64,000 nucleotides of DNA. Source: Camelus ferus. Its lineage: Eukaryota. Both the position numbers and the translations under genes were made by a program. Below the pieces are notes generated by a model. It did no database searches and was not told where the DNA came from. It saw nothing but the letters and a program-made list of their open reading frames with translations. Position 1 is the stretch's first letter; every line of letters begins with the position of its first letter. The stretch lies in NCBI RefSeq assembly GCF_009834535.1, contig NC_045696.1, forward strand, positions 88,042,001 to 88,106,000. Reading direction: 5' to 3'. This document shows, one piece after another, positions 1-11,282 of this stretch.

Positions 1-1437
1 AGATACAAGGGCAGGGTGGCATTCCTTTGGAGACCTGGAAGTTTCAGTTTTGATCTGAAGCTTTAAAAACACCGCTTGAATGTATTCTGCCCCTCCTGGG
101 CTCTCAGACTTCATGATAGAGTTCAAATCATGATATAAAAACAGCAAAGCACAATATAAAGACCGCTTAAAAAAGGTCAATTCTTTCCAAGCTGTTTCTA
201 TTCCCCTTATGGAATTACTAAACAGAAGGCTTAGTTGAAGATCCCCGAAAGTTCATTCATTTCTGTAAGAGCTATGAGAATGCTCATAAAACCAGTTTTG
301 AATAGGAACCCACCCATATGTTTTATGCTGTTTTTCAGGCAGTTAGCCTAATTAAGCCTCCTAGGCAGGTTAGAGTCCCCCTGTGGAAACTAAATTGAGT
401 TTAAATACAGAATTATCTCAAAATCTATGAGCTTTTGATTGATGCTTCAGTTAATTTTGACAATTGAAGTGGCCTCCTGCTTATCTTCACTTTAGGAAGA
501 TGAATAATTATGGTAATGACTTCATTAACTCTTTGATGTCAGTCCTTGGAATTTAGAAAAGTTGTTTTGCCTAAATTCAAGGCCTAGGAAAGACAAATAA
601 TCAGTCTGTTAGGCATATTTGCTTCAAATTTTCATCTCATTCCACTTCACTGTCATACCCACAGGCAATACCAGAAATGTTAAATTGTGTGTCCAACCAC
701 ATAAGAGGAGATTAAGAAAAAAATCTCCATTCAGATGAATATGGCTCTCAACAGTACCAGAACTCTTTACAATCTAAGATTTTTTTTTTTAATTTCAGGT
801 CGCCAACAGATTGCATTCTCTGTGCCCTCATAGCATCTCAGTCTGGATAAGCAAGCATTCAATCACCATAATAGACTCTTTGCTCTGAAGAAAGGGGTAC
901 ATTATAAGTAATTTGAAAGAAAAAAATAAGTCAATGAATGGATTTGGGGAGATAACAAAATATTTCTTGGAGTTAGTTTCAAATAGTCATAAAGAGAGGG
1001 ACTCAGACTAAGAACTTAAATTGTATAGCTGAGGTCATACAACTAACGTCTTCTAGGTTCATCAAGACTAAGTTGCTGCAAATGCTCCATATATTTTCAT
1101 TCATCTTTAACCTTTTACAAATAAAAATTTCACTCATTTTACTTTTTGAAAAGGAGGTGTTGAGGGTGAAAATAATTTAAACAAGAACTCTCACACATCA
1201 CATATTATCATCAATTCTCTCCTTTTGGAAATAATATGAATCATAACACTACCCCAGAGAGGTCCGGGAATGATCTCAGGTGATTTTTAGCGCATTTGAA
1301 AATACTTTTTGAAAGGAAAAATTACCAGATCAATATTTGTTTTGTACAACAAACACTAGGCAGATTTGTTCATCATATGCTTGGATTCCTAAAAGTGCAT
1401 CCGGGGGAAAAGGAAAGAATTTTGATATAGAATCTAA

Positions 1438-1454
1438 AAGATTTAGATCCTTTT
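1438..1454. repeat. Target-site duplication, left copy (right copy 8587-8603)
   Basis: Identical 17-mer AAGATTTAGATCCTTTT on both sides of the L1. Confidence 0.92.
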
Positions 1455-1830
1455 TTTTTTTTTTTTTTTCAGAAGATACTTGGGTTTTGCTTTATAATCT
1501 CTGCCTTTTTTTTTTTAACAGTTTTTATTGATTTATAATCATTTTACAATGTTGTGTCAAATTCCACTGTTCAGCACAATTTTTCAGTTATTCATGGACA
1601 TATACACAGTCATTGTCACATTTTTTTCTCTGTGAGTTATCATAACATTTTGTGTATATTTACCTGTGCTATACAGTGTAGTCCATTCTACAATTTTGAA
1701 ATCCCAGTCTATCCCTTCCCACCCTCCACCCCCCTGGTAACCACAAGTCTGTATTCTCTGTCTGTGAGTCTATTTCTGTCCTTTATTTACGCTTTGTTTT
1801 TGTTTGTTTGTCTGTTTTTGTTTTTGTTTT

Positions 1831-4800
1831 TTAGATTCCACATATGAGCGATCTCCTATGGTATTTTTCTTTCTCTTTCTGGCTTACTTCACTTAGAATG
1901 ACATTCTCCAGGAGCATCCATGTTGCTGCAAATGGCATTATGTTCTCGGTTTTTATGGCTGAGTAGTATTCCATTGTATAAATATACCACTTCTGCTTTA
2001 TCCAGTCACCTGTTGATGGACATTTAGGCTGTTTCCACGTTTTGGCTATTGTAAATAGTGCTGCTATGAACATTGGAGTGCAGGTGTCATCCTGAAGTAG
2101 ATTTCCTTCTGGATACAAGCCCAGGAGTGGGATTCCTGGGTCATAGGGTAAGTCTATTCCTAGTCTTTTGAGGAATCTCCACACTGTTTTCCATAGTGGC
2201 TGCACCAAACTGCATTCCCACCAGCAGTGTAGGAGGGTTCCCCTTTCTCCACAGCCTCTCCAGCATTTGTCATTTGTGGATTTTTGAATGACGGCCATTC
2301 TGACTGGTGTGAGGTGATACCTCATTGTAGTTTTGATTTGCATTTCTCTGATAATTAGTGATATTGAGCATTTTTTCATGTGCTTTTTGATCATTTGTAT
2401 GTCTTCCTTGGAGAATTGCTTGTTTAGGTCTTCTGCCCATTTTTGGATTGGGTTGTTGATTTTTTTCTTATTGAGTCGTATGAGCTGCTTATATATTCTG
2501 GAGATCAAGCCTTTGTCGGTTTCACTTGCAAAAATTTTCTCCCATTCCGTAGGTTTTCTTCTTGTTTTATTTCTGGTTTCCTTTGCTGTGCAGAAGTTTG
2601 TAAGTTTCATTAGGTCCCATTTGTTTATTCTTGCTTTTATTTCTTCTAGGAGAAAATTTTTTAAATGTATGTCAGATAATGTTTTGCCTATGTTTTCCTC
2701 TAGGAGGTTTATTGTATCTTGTCTTATGTTTAAGTCTTTAATCCATTTTGAGTTGATTTTTGTATATGGTGTAAGGGTGTTCTAGCTTCATTGTTTTACA
2801 TGCTGCTGTCCAGTTTTCCCAACACCATTTGCTGAAGAGACTGTCTTTATTCCAATGTATATTCTTGCCTCCTTTGTCAAAGATGAGTTGACCAAAGTTT
2901 GTGGGTTCATTTCTGGGCTCTCTATTCTGTTCCATTGGTCTATATGTCTGTTTTGGTACCAATACCATGCTGTCTTGATGACTGTAGCTCTATAGTATTG
3001 TCTGAAGTCTGGAAGAGTTATTCCTCCAGCCTCTTTCTTTCTCTTCAGTAATGCTTTGGCAATTCTAGGTCTTTGATGGTTCCATATGAATTTTATTATG
3101 ATTTTTTCTAGTTCTGTGAAATATGTCCTGGGTAATTGGATAGGGATTGCATTAAATCTGTAGATTGCCTTGGGCAGTGTGACCATTTTAACAATATTGA
3201 TTCTTCCAATCCAAGAGCATGGAATATCTTTCCATTTTTTAAAGTCTTCTTTAATTTCCTTCATCAATGGTTTATAGTTTTCTGTGTATAATTCTTTCAC
3301 TTCCTTGGTTAGATTTATTCCCAGATATTTTATTACTTTGGGTGCTATTTTAAAGGGGATTGTTTCTTTATTTTCTTCTTCTGTTGATTTATCGTTAGTG
3401 TAAAGAAATGCAACTGATTTTTGAATGTTAATTTTGTAACCTGCTACCTTGCTGAATTCTTCAATCAGCTCTAGTAGCTTTTGTGTGGACCTTTTAGGGT
3501 TTTCTATATATAGTAACATGTCATCAGCATATAATGACACTTTTACCTCTTCTTTTCCAATTTGGATCCCTTTTATTTCTTTCTCTTGCCTGACTGCTGT
3601 GGCTAGGACTTCCAGGACTATGTTGAATAGGAATGGTGATAGTGGGCATCTTTGTCTTGTCCCAGATTTTAGTGGGAAGCTTTTGAGATTTTCACCATTG
3701 AATACTATGCTGGCTGTAGGTTACTCATATATAGCTTTTATTATGTTGAGATATGTTCCCTCTATACCCACTTTGGCGAGAGTTTTTATCATAACAGGGT
3801 GTTGAATTTTACCAAATGCTTTTTCTGCATCGATTGAGATGATCATGTGGTTTTTGTCCTTTCTCTTGTTGATGTGATGTATTACACTGATTGATTTGCA
3901 TATGTTGAACCAGCCTTGTGTCCCTGGGATGAACCCCACTTGGTCATGATGTATAATCTTTTTTATGTGTTGTTGGATTCTATTTGCTAAAATTTTGGTG
4001 AGGATTTTGGCGTCTATGTTCATCAGTGATATTGGCCTATAATTCTCTTTTTTTGTAGTGTCTTTGCCTGGTTTTGGTATCAGGGTGATGGTGGCTTCAT
4101 AGAATGAGTTTGGGAGTATTCCCTCCTTTTCAACGTCTGGAAGAGTTTGAGAAGGACTGGTATGAGTTCTTCTTTGTATGTTTGGTAGAATTCCCCGGTG
4201 AAGCCGTCCGGTCCCGGACTCTTATTTGTAGGGAGGTTTTTAATTGCTATTTCTATTTCCTTTCTAGTGATCGGATTGTTCAAGTGTTCAGATTCTTCTT
4301 GATTCAGTTTTGGTGGACAGTATGTTTCCAGAAACTTGTCCATCTCCTCTAGGTTATCCAGTTTGGTTCCATATAGTTTTTCATAATATTCTCGTATGAT
4401 ATTCTGTATTTCTATTTTGTTTGTTGTAATTTCTCCATTTTCCTTTCTTATTTTGCTAATTTGTGCTCTCTCTTTTTTCTTCTTTGTGAGTTTGGCCAGA
4501 GGTTTGTCGATTTTATTTACTTTTTCAAAAAACCAGCTTTTGGTTTGGTTGATTTTTTCTATGGTCTTGTTAATCTCTATTGTATTTAATTCCTCTCTGA
4601 TCTTTATTATTTCCTTCCTTCTGCTGCTTTTTGGGGCTTTTTGTTCTTCTTTTTCTAATTCATTCAGGTGGTGGGTTAAATTGTTTATTTGAGATTGTTC
4701 TTCTTTTTTGAGGAAGGCCTGTATCGCTGTAAACTTCCCTCTTAGTACTGCCTTTGCTGTGTCCCATAGGTTTTGAGTGGTTGTGCTTTCATTATCATTT

Positions 4801-5624
4801 GTCTCAAGGTATTTTTTAATTACAGCTTTGATTTCCTCATTCACCCATTGTTTTTTCAATAACATATTGTTTAATCTCCATGCTTTCCTTTTTTTCTCCT
4901 TTGTTTCTCTGTTGTTGATTTCCAGTTTCATGGCATTGTGGTCAGTAAAGATGCTTGAGATAATTTCTATCTTCTTAAAATTGTTGAGGTTTCTTTTGTG
5001 CCCAAGTACATGATCGATCCTGGAAAATGTTCCATGTGCACTTGAAAAGAATGTATATCCTATTTTTGGGGGGTGTAATGCTCTGAAAATATCCACCAAA
5101 TCTAGTTTTTCTATTGTAGTATTTAATTTCTCTGTTGCCTTGTTTATTTTCTGTCTGGAAGACCTGTCTAGTGATGTTAATGCAGTGTTAAAATCTCCAA
5201 CTATGATTGTATTCCCATCAATATCCCCCTTTATCTCTGTTAGTAATTCTTGTATGTACTTTGGTGCTCCTATATTGGGTGCATATATATTAACGAGTGT
5301 AATATCCTCATCTTGTATCATTCCTTTAATCATTATAAAATGTCCTTCTTTATCTTTCTTTATGGCCTTTGTTTTAAAGTCTATTTTGTCTGAAATCAGT
5401 ACTGCAACACCTGCTTTTTTGGCTTTTCCATTTGCATGGAATATCCTTTTCCATACTTTCACTCTCAACCTATATGTGTCCTTCTCCCTAAAGTGTGTCT
5501 CTTGTATGCAGCATATTGAAGGTTCTTGCTTTATTATCCAGTCTGCCACTCTGTGTCTTTTGACTGGAGCATTTAGTCCATTAACATTTACAGTAATTAA
5601 TGATAGATGTGTGTTTATTGCCAT
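1831..5624 (-). pseudogene. ORF2: L1 ORF2 (APE endonuclease, reverse transcriptase, C-terminal Cys-rich domain), inactivated
   Basis: Motifs NVNGLN, CCIQETH, GDFNT, SRIDH and TDHN (EN), YADD (RT), and CWRGC..HCWWEC. Lesions: 1-bp frameshift at about 4134, in-frame TAA at 3721-3723, QG->QR in QGCPLSP, frameshifts at about 2897 and 2777, and an 18-bp in-frame deletion at about 2646 relative to the second copy. Confidence 0.95.
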
Positions 5625-5842
5625 TTTGAACTTATCTTTGCAGTTGAATTGGTATATCCTCTTTGTTCCTTTCTTCTTCCTTTTGTGGTTTGGTAATTTT
5701 CCTTTGTATTATCATGGATTTTATTTAATTTTTGTGACTCCTTTGTAAATTTTTGGCTTGTGGTTACCCTTTTTTGTAAATCTATCAACCCATTACTATA
5801 ACTGTTTTTATTAAACTGATAGTAACATGATCTCAAACCCAT
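5615..5842 (-). CDS. Putative 75-aa basic peptide ORF in the L1 inter-ORF region (translation unproven)
   Basis: ATG in AGGATGG context, open for 75 codons in very A/T-rich sequence. The stop (AAATGGCAATAA) lies just inside ORF2, 4 nt after its ATG codon. Confidence 0.4.
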   Translation of the reverse strand: MGLRSCYYQFNKNSYSNGLIDLQKRVTTSQKFTKESQKLNKIHDNTKENYQTTKGRRKEQRGYTNSTAKISSKWQ

Positions 5843-6028
5843 CCTACTGTTAAAAAAATTTTAAAAAGAAAGAAAAAAATATTCTATATTTCCCTGCCTC
5901 CCTCTCCCACTCTCAGTGATTTGTATGTCTTCTTTCATAATTTCATGTTTACTTTATTTGTAATTCATGAGTTATCACCTTTCCAGTTGTGTGTTTCTCA
6001 TTTCTGTAGCATCCTACTGCTTTTCTAT

Positions 6029-6931
6029 TTAGAATAGCCCTTTCAATATTTCTTTTAGCATGGGTTTAGTGTTGCTAAACTCCTGCAGCTTTTTTTTGTC
6101 TGTGAAACTCTTTATTTCTCCTTCTATCCTCAAGGATAGCCTTGCTGGATAAAGGATCCTAGGCTGCATCTTTTTTTCATTCAGGGCTTTGAATATATCT
6201 TGCCACTCCCTTCTGGCCTGTAGTGTTTGTGTAGAGAAATCAGCTGAGAGCCTTATGGGGGTTCCCTTGTAACTTACTCTTTGCTTTTCTCTTGCTGCCT
6301 TTAGAATCATTTCTTTATCCTTGACTCTGGCCATCTTGATTATGATATGTCTTGGTGTGGGTCTATTTGGGTTCTTCCTGTTTGGGACCCTCTGAGCTTC
6401 CTGTACTTGGATATCTGATTCCTTCTTTAAGTTTGGGAAGTTTTCAGTCATGATTTCTTCAAAAACCTTTTCAATCCCCTTTGATCTTTCTTCTCCTTCT
6501 GGGACCCCTATTATGCGAAGATTGGGACGCTTTATATTATCCCATAGGTCCCTTATGCTATTTTCATTATTTTTTATTTGCTTCTCTTGTAGTTCTTCTG
6601 AATGGGTGCTTTCTATTGCCCTGTCTTCTAGATCACTAATTTGTTCCTCTGCATTATCTAGTCGGCTTTGCACAGCTATTAGATCATTCCTCATCTCTGT
6701 CAATGAGTTTACCCATTCTACTTGGCTCTTCTTTATAGCTTCAATTTCATTTTTGACATATTTTATATCTCTAAACACTATCTCTTTTAATTCCTTCAGC
6801 AATTCGATCACTCCTTTTTTGAAATCTTGATCTAGTAGGCTATCGATGTCTATTTCGTTGATCTTTCTTTCAGGGGATTTCTCTTGTTCTTTTAATTGGG
6901 AAAGGTTTTTCTGCTTCTTCATCTTGCTCAT
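6029..6931 (-). CDS. ORF1: L1 ORF1p (coiled coil, RRM, CTD nucleic-acid chaperone), uninterrupted, 300 aa
   Basis: Motifs RPNLRIIGVPEGEE, ENFPNL, TPRHII, IRLSADFS..TLQARREW and YPARLS, with an N-terminal heptad region. Confidence 0.95.
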   Translation of the reverse strand: MSKMKKQKNLSQLKEQEKSPERKINEIDIDSLLDQDFKKGVIELLKELKEIVFRDIKYVKNEIEAIKKSQVEWVNSLTEMRNDLIAVQSRLDNAEEQISDLEDRAIESTHSEELQEKQIKNNENSIRDLWDNIKRPNLRIIGVPEGEERSKGIEKVFEEIMTENFPNLKKESDIQVQEAQRVPNRKNPNRPTPRHIIIKMARVKDKEMILKAAREKQRVSYKGTPIRLSADFSTQTLQARREWQDIFKALNEKKMQPRILYPARLSLRIEGEIKSFTDKKKLQEFSNTKPMLKEILKGLF

Positions 6932-7329
6932 ACCTCTTTGGCACTGTGGTTTATGGAGTATCAGTTGTTTATTTTGGTCCTTAAGGATTTTATCTATCTG
7001 ATGCCTATTTAGGAATAGAACTTAGGAAAAAAAGAAAAAAAAATAAGAGAGAGAGAGAAAGAATTTTAAAAGAAGGGAGAAAGAGGGTTTGAAAACAGTG
7101 TATAATGAATAATAGAAGAGTGAGTTGAAGCAGGGTATTAATCGGGTTGAGACGTCCTTTTGAAACCTTTACAAAAAAAGGGGGGGGGGGATGAATAGAT
7201 GTATTTGAAACCTGTGTCTAATCAATAGCAGGACATCAAAACCCAAGAGAAATAGAAATGAATTAAGAAGTTAAGAGAGTAATAGAAAATAGAACAGGTA
7301 AAAACAGATTAAAAAAAGGGGGGGGGGTT

Positions 7330-8586
7330 GTCGGTGTTCTCCTGGAGTCTGTGTGCTTTCACTGTGAAGTCTTTCTGTCTTCGTCCTGTTTTGGAAGCTC
7401 AGCTTGCTGTTTTCAGAGGCCCTCCGTTGGCGCCCTCTTCTGTGCTGCTCCCAGCACCTGTCGGCAAGCCGATCGCGCCTCCTCCTAACACTGGGTCAGG
7501 TGCAGCTCTCTGCTGTGGGCGGGCGGGTCGCTGCCCCTCCAGATGCCACAGTCAGATGTTGCAGACTGGCCGGGTAGGAGGGCGGGTCGTGCCCCCTCCC
7601 AGCACCTCGGTCAGGGGCTGTGTTCCTGCCCGAAAGGCGGGGGGCCGTTCTCGCTCTACCTGCGCCGCTGCGGGTAGCTCCGCTCTCTGCGGCTGCGCGC
7701 CCCGCCCTGGTCGGCGCCCCGCCCTGGTCGGCGCCCTGCGGGTGGGCTCGCGGAAGACCGAGGGACAGCTCTGTCCTTGCTCCGAGCCAAAACCCAGCTC
7801 CTTGTCTGTCTTTGTGGAGCAAGTTCTCTGAGGGACCAGGATGGAAGGATCCTATCTGCCCCGGGCTGCAGGCCAGTCTCAGTCTGGCCTTTGAGGCTGC
7901 TGGGCCCTTCGGTGCAGATGCAGGTTTCGCCCCCGCCACCGCCTGAGTGCTCAGCGCGGAGGATAGGGCGGCTGTGCCTGAGCCCCGCCTCTCTTCCCCC
8001 GAAAACTTTCCGTGGGTTTTCAGAGATGGGGGTGTGCACCCTTCCCCCGAGAGCACATCAACCTTGCTGTTTTATGGAGGGCCCAGGTTGTTCTGCTCTG
8101 TGCACCCACAGCCACGGCGCGCAACCCCTTGCGTTCCCCCAGGACTGCCTCCGTGCAGCCCGGCCCTGCCCGCGGCTGCCGGCCTGCGTCTCAGGCTGGG
8201 TGTCGGGGGGATGCTCTGTGCCCGTTTAACTTAGTTCTGTTAGTCAAGGGCTGCTCTGTACAGATCCGAGCCTCAGAGGCTCCCCCTCCGTCCCGCTGGC
8301 CTCTCAGTTGGAGAGGGGAGACCCAGCGAGCGAGCGCCAGTCCTCCTTTGCCGCTCCCTCCCCGCGGGACCCGTCCCGTCCCGCGCTGCTTTGCCTTTTG
8401 TTCTTTCTTTTTTCCTTTTCTCCTACCAGATTTTTGGCGTCTTTATCTTTTGAAGAGGGCGATGTTCTGTCGGAGTTCCACAGGTGCTCTGGTTGGCTGA
8501 GTGGGTCTGTAGTTGTGGGTCTTGGTGTATCTGTGGGAGAGGGTGACCTGCGAGCGTCCTTCTACTCCGCCATCTTCAAACAATTC
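7330..8586 (-). promoter_or_regulatory. L1 5'UTR internal promoter, CpG-island-like, with YY1 site
   Basis: GC- and CpG-rich block with many GC boxes. YY1 core CCGCCATCTT at 8567-8576 lies about 10 nt from the 5' end, as in other mammalian L1s. Confidence 0.85.
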
Positions 8587-9406
8587 AAGATTTAGATCCT
8601 TTTAAACGTTATTCTAAGAGCAAGTTACTTGCCATCTCTGAGCCTCATCTTTAAAGTGGCCAGTGTGTTATCACTGTTGTGGTAGATTAAAAACAAAAAA
8701 TCCCACAAGGAATTTGCTGGAAATTTGGAGCAGTTCTGGTGGCCAGATAGCAAAACTCAGGCCCCCTCCCACAGCCATGATTCAAGGACTAATCAGTGTC
8801 CAAGAGCAGAGTAGACTCTGTTCTCCTCTGCTCTGATACTACTCCCATGTACTTTCAGTGCTGCTTATTGGCTGTTACTACTTCAAGAACTATTTTTCTA
8901 AGAGATTATCCAACACTTTCAATGAGAGTCTTTGCTTAATAAAGGAAAGGGAAGTTAAATAGAATATTCCTTTGTTTTCATTGCAGAGCATCGGATCAGA
9001 TAGCGTTCTAACAGAAGTGTGTTAAACAATTATGTTGGACCAGAATTGTATTGTATTTAAGATTTTATTCAACTGGTTAAATGTCTTGTCTTATGTAAAA
9101 CAGAGTACCTCTAAGAAATACCAGTGAGGATTGTGTTTCCACAAAAATATTTAACTTGCTTTGGGCAAGAGTACAAGAATTCATAGAAGTAGAATTATGC
9201 TTTAATGAACCATACAGAACATCAAAATTGCCTCATCGCATTATGATTTCAGTTAAGCAGAGAATTACAACTGCTAGTGTGCAGAAAAGGACACTTTTCT
9301 GGAGTTTGGAATGTTGGTTTTTCATATTTATTTTGGCTAAAATACATAGGCTAAACTCTTGCTGCCCTATCTCTTCTCCCTGCCTAAGTACTTTAGGAAG
9401 TACTTT

Positions 9407-9552
9407 ATCAATTTTTATTTTTTATTTTGGGAGGAGGTAATTAGGTTTATTTATATATTTATTTATTTACTTTATGGAGGTACTAGGGATTGAACCCAGA
9501 ACCTCCTGCATATTAAGCACATGCTCTACCACTGAGCTATCCCCTCCACTCC
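9407..9552 (-). mobile_element. tRNA-derived SINE (camelid Vic-1-like)
   Basis: Reverse strand reads ATAGCTCAGTGGTAGAGCATGTGCTTAA..GGTTCAATCCC (A and B boxes) with an AT-rich tail. TSD TAGGAAGTA(C/T)TTT at 9394-9406 and 9553-9565. Confidence 0.85.
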
Positions 9553-9879
9553 TAGGAAGTATTTTAAATCAAACTCGTTATGGTCCCTGTAATATCTGAA
9601 AAATAGCCATGTCAATTTCTATAACATTTGTCAGGGTTCATGATTCATATGTACCTCATTATTTCATAAACTTTTCTTAAGTCCCAGACTTGTGTTTTCA
9701 AATGTCTGTCTCTGCCACCGACTAAAGATGTGATTGTAGAAGAGGACTTTTACTATTCTGTGCTTTCATTTCCTCATATGCAAAAGGAAGGCATTACATG
9801 AATAAATAACATTTATAATCCCAGACAACTTCAATAGTTTGTGACTCTAGCACCACCTTAATGGTCTGAAAGGTATAGC

Positions 9880-10850
9880 CTATTCAAAATGGCTAAAAAT
9901 ACTGTTAGATGTTTTATAAACCTGATTATTCTCAAGTATTTCCAATCCGGACAGCAACGAGGAATTGCTCCATGTCAAAAACTGAGTCATGGTTGATTTT
10001 TTTAATCCTGTCAATTCTAAGGCCACAGTGTCCCACAAATATCACTTCAGTCCTTTTCATCTTCTTTGGAGAAGCCATTATCTTAATCACTTTTCCTGAA
10101 TTAGTGAAATAGCCTCCTGTCTGATCTACCTGCTAGCAGTGTCTTTAACTTTTAAAACATCCGTCACCTCAATATCAAATCACTTCCCTCCATCACAGAT
10201 TTAACAACGCCATTCTTACTACAAATGGTTTTTCGTGTCCTTCACAAATAAGTTCACATTCCTTATCCTGGCATGAAAGGTGTTCCAAAATATAAACCTT
10301 TTTATTGCTATTTACTCCCCACTTTATTATATAGGTCACCATTCCCCAATCAGGGTGATAATGAAGCATCTACTCTTTCACGAGGTTGTGATGGTCAAAT
10401 GAGATAATGTGTGTAACACAGGCCTAGAACAATACCTAGTAGAGAAAGAGTGCTCAGTTTGTGTTAACTGCTTTTACAAATACTCTCAGTGCCCTAAACT
10501 TTCCACACCTGTCTTTTCCTTGCCTGTACTTTAAATCTAATTCAAACACCTTCTCCTTTGTGAAGTCTTCCTCACTATGTGTCAGAATTAATCTCTGATT
10601 GCACTGTGTCTCCACAGCACCTCCCTTAAAAATCTATTGTCTCAGTATTCAGTATGCCCCATGCTGTAGACAGAACATCAAGTCATGCATTCATTCAATG
10701 AATAGGCTATTTCCAGCACCTACTATGTCGCCAGCATTGTTCAAGGTTTTAGATATAAAGGAGTATAACAATTTAAAAAAATGTGCTTTCTGTTTTCATC
10801 AAGCTCACATTCTAACAGGGAGAAATGGATAATAAAGTAAATATGTCATA
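9880..10850. mobile_element. Decayed L2 and MIR fragments
   Basis: MIR core (gttgtgatggtcaaatgagataatgtgtgt, about 10385-10470) and L2 3'-end-like pieces (cattcattcaatgaata..cctactatg, about 10687-10820). Confidence 0.5.
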
Positions 10851-11282
10851 CAACAGGTGTTATGAAGTGCCCAGGGCAGAAGCAGGAGGACCAACTCTCT
10901 AACTCAACCACTTCTTCTGTACTGGAAGTTCCATGTATCCTAAGACCATCTTGTTCTCCCCTTCTGCCTCTTGTCACCCAACTCTGTGTACCACTGTTAT
11001 AGTGAACACGTACTGGATTGAACTTGAGCCTGTAGTGAAAACAATATTTTAGGCAAAATGCTTAAACTTTCTGCTTCAGTTGCCTCCTCTGGAAGAGAAA
11101 TGAGCATATTTATTTACACGTTACTGGGGAGATGAAGTGAGATGTCTATAAAGTACTGGGATTTTATACTGGCAGCAACAGATGCCATTGTTGTTATCTT
11201 TAACAAGCATTTCTAAAAGTCTTGTAATAGTTGATTCATAAGAATATGACCTGGTGAGAACACTCATTTTAAAGACTATTTT

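Larger units (their letters stand above)
1455..8586 (-). mobile_element. Full-length LINE-1 (about 7.1 kb including 3' transduction), ORF2 disrupted
   Basis: 5'UTR, ORF1, inter-ORF region, EN-RT ORF2, 3'UTR with AATAAA and poly(A) are all present. Flanked by the direct repeat AAGATTTAGATCCTTTT at 1438-1454 and 8587-8603. The right copy is followed by AA, matching the L1 endonuclease TTTT/AA site. Confidence 0.97.

Noticed and set aside
781..840. Plus-strand poly(T)-CAG acceptor followed by GRQQIAFSVPS*
   Set aside because: No recognisable protein or partner exon, and the tract is a simple T run
2333..6830. Several plus-strand ORFs (e.g. 2333-2785, 5140-5748, 6450-6830)
   Set aside because: Antisense shadows of L1 ORF1/ORF2, Leu/Phe/Ser-rich, with no independent coding signal
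8577..8586. 10 nt (GAATTGTTTG on the L1 strand) between the TSD and the YY1 site as a 5' transduction
   Set aside because: Too short to separate from normal variability of L1 5' ends without a consensus
7328..8595. Overlapping 95-186 aa ORFs in the L1 5'UTR (possible ORF0 analogue)
   Set aside because: Expected from stop-poor GC-rich DNA, mostly non-ATG starts, no recognisable similarity
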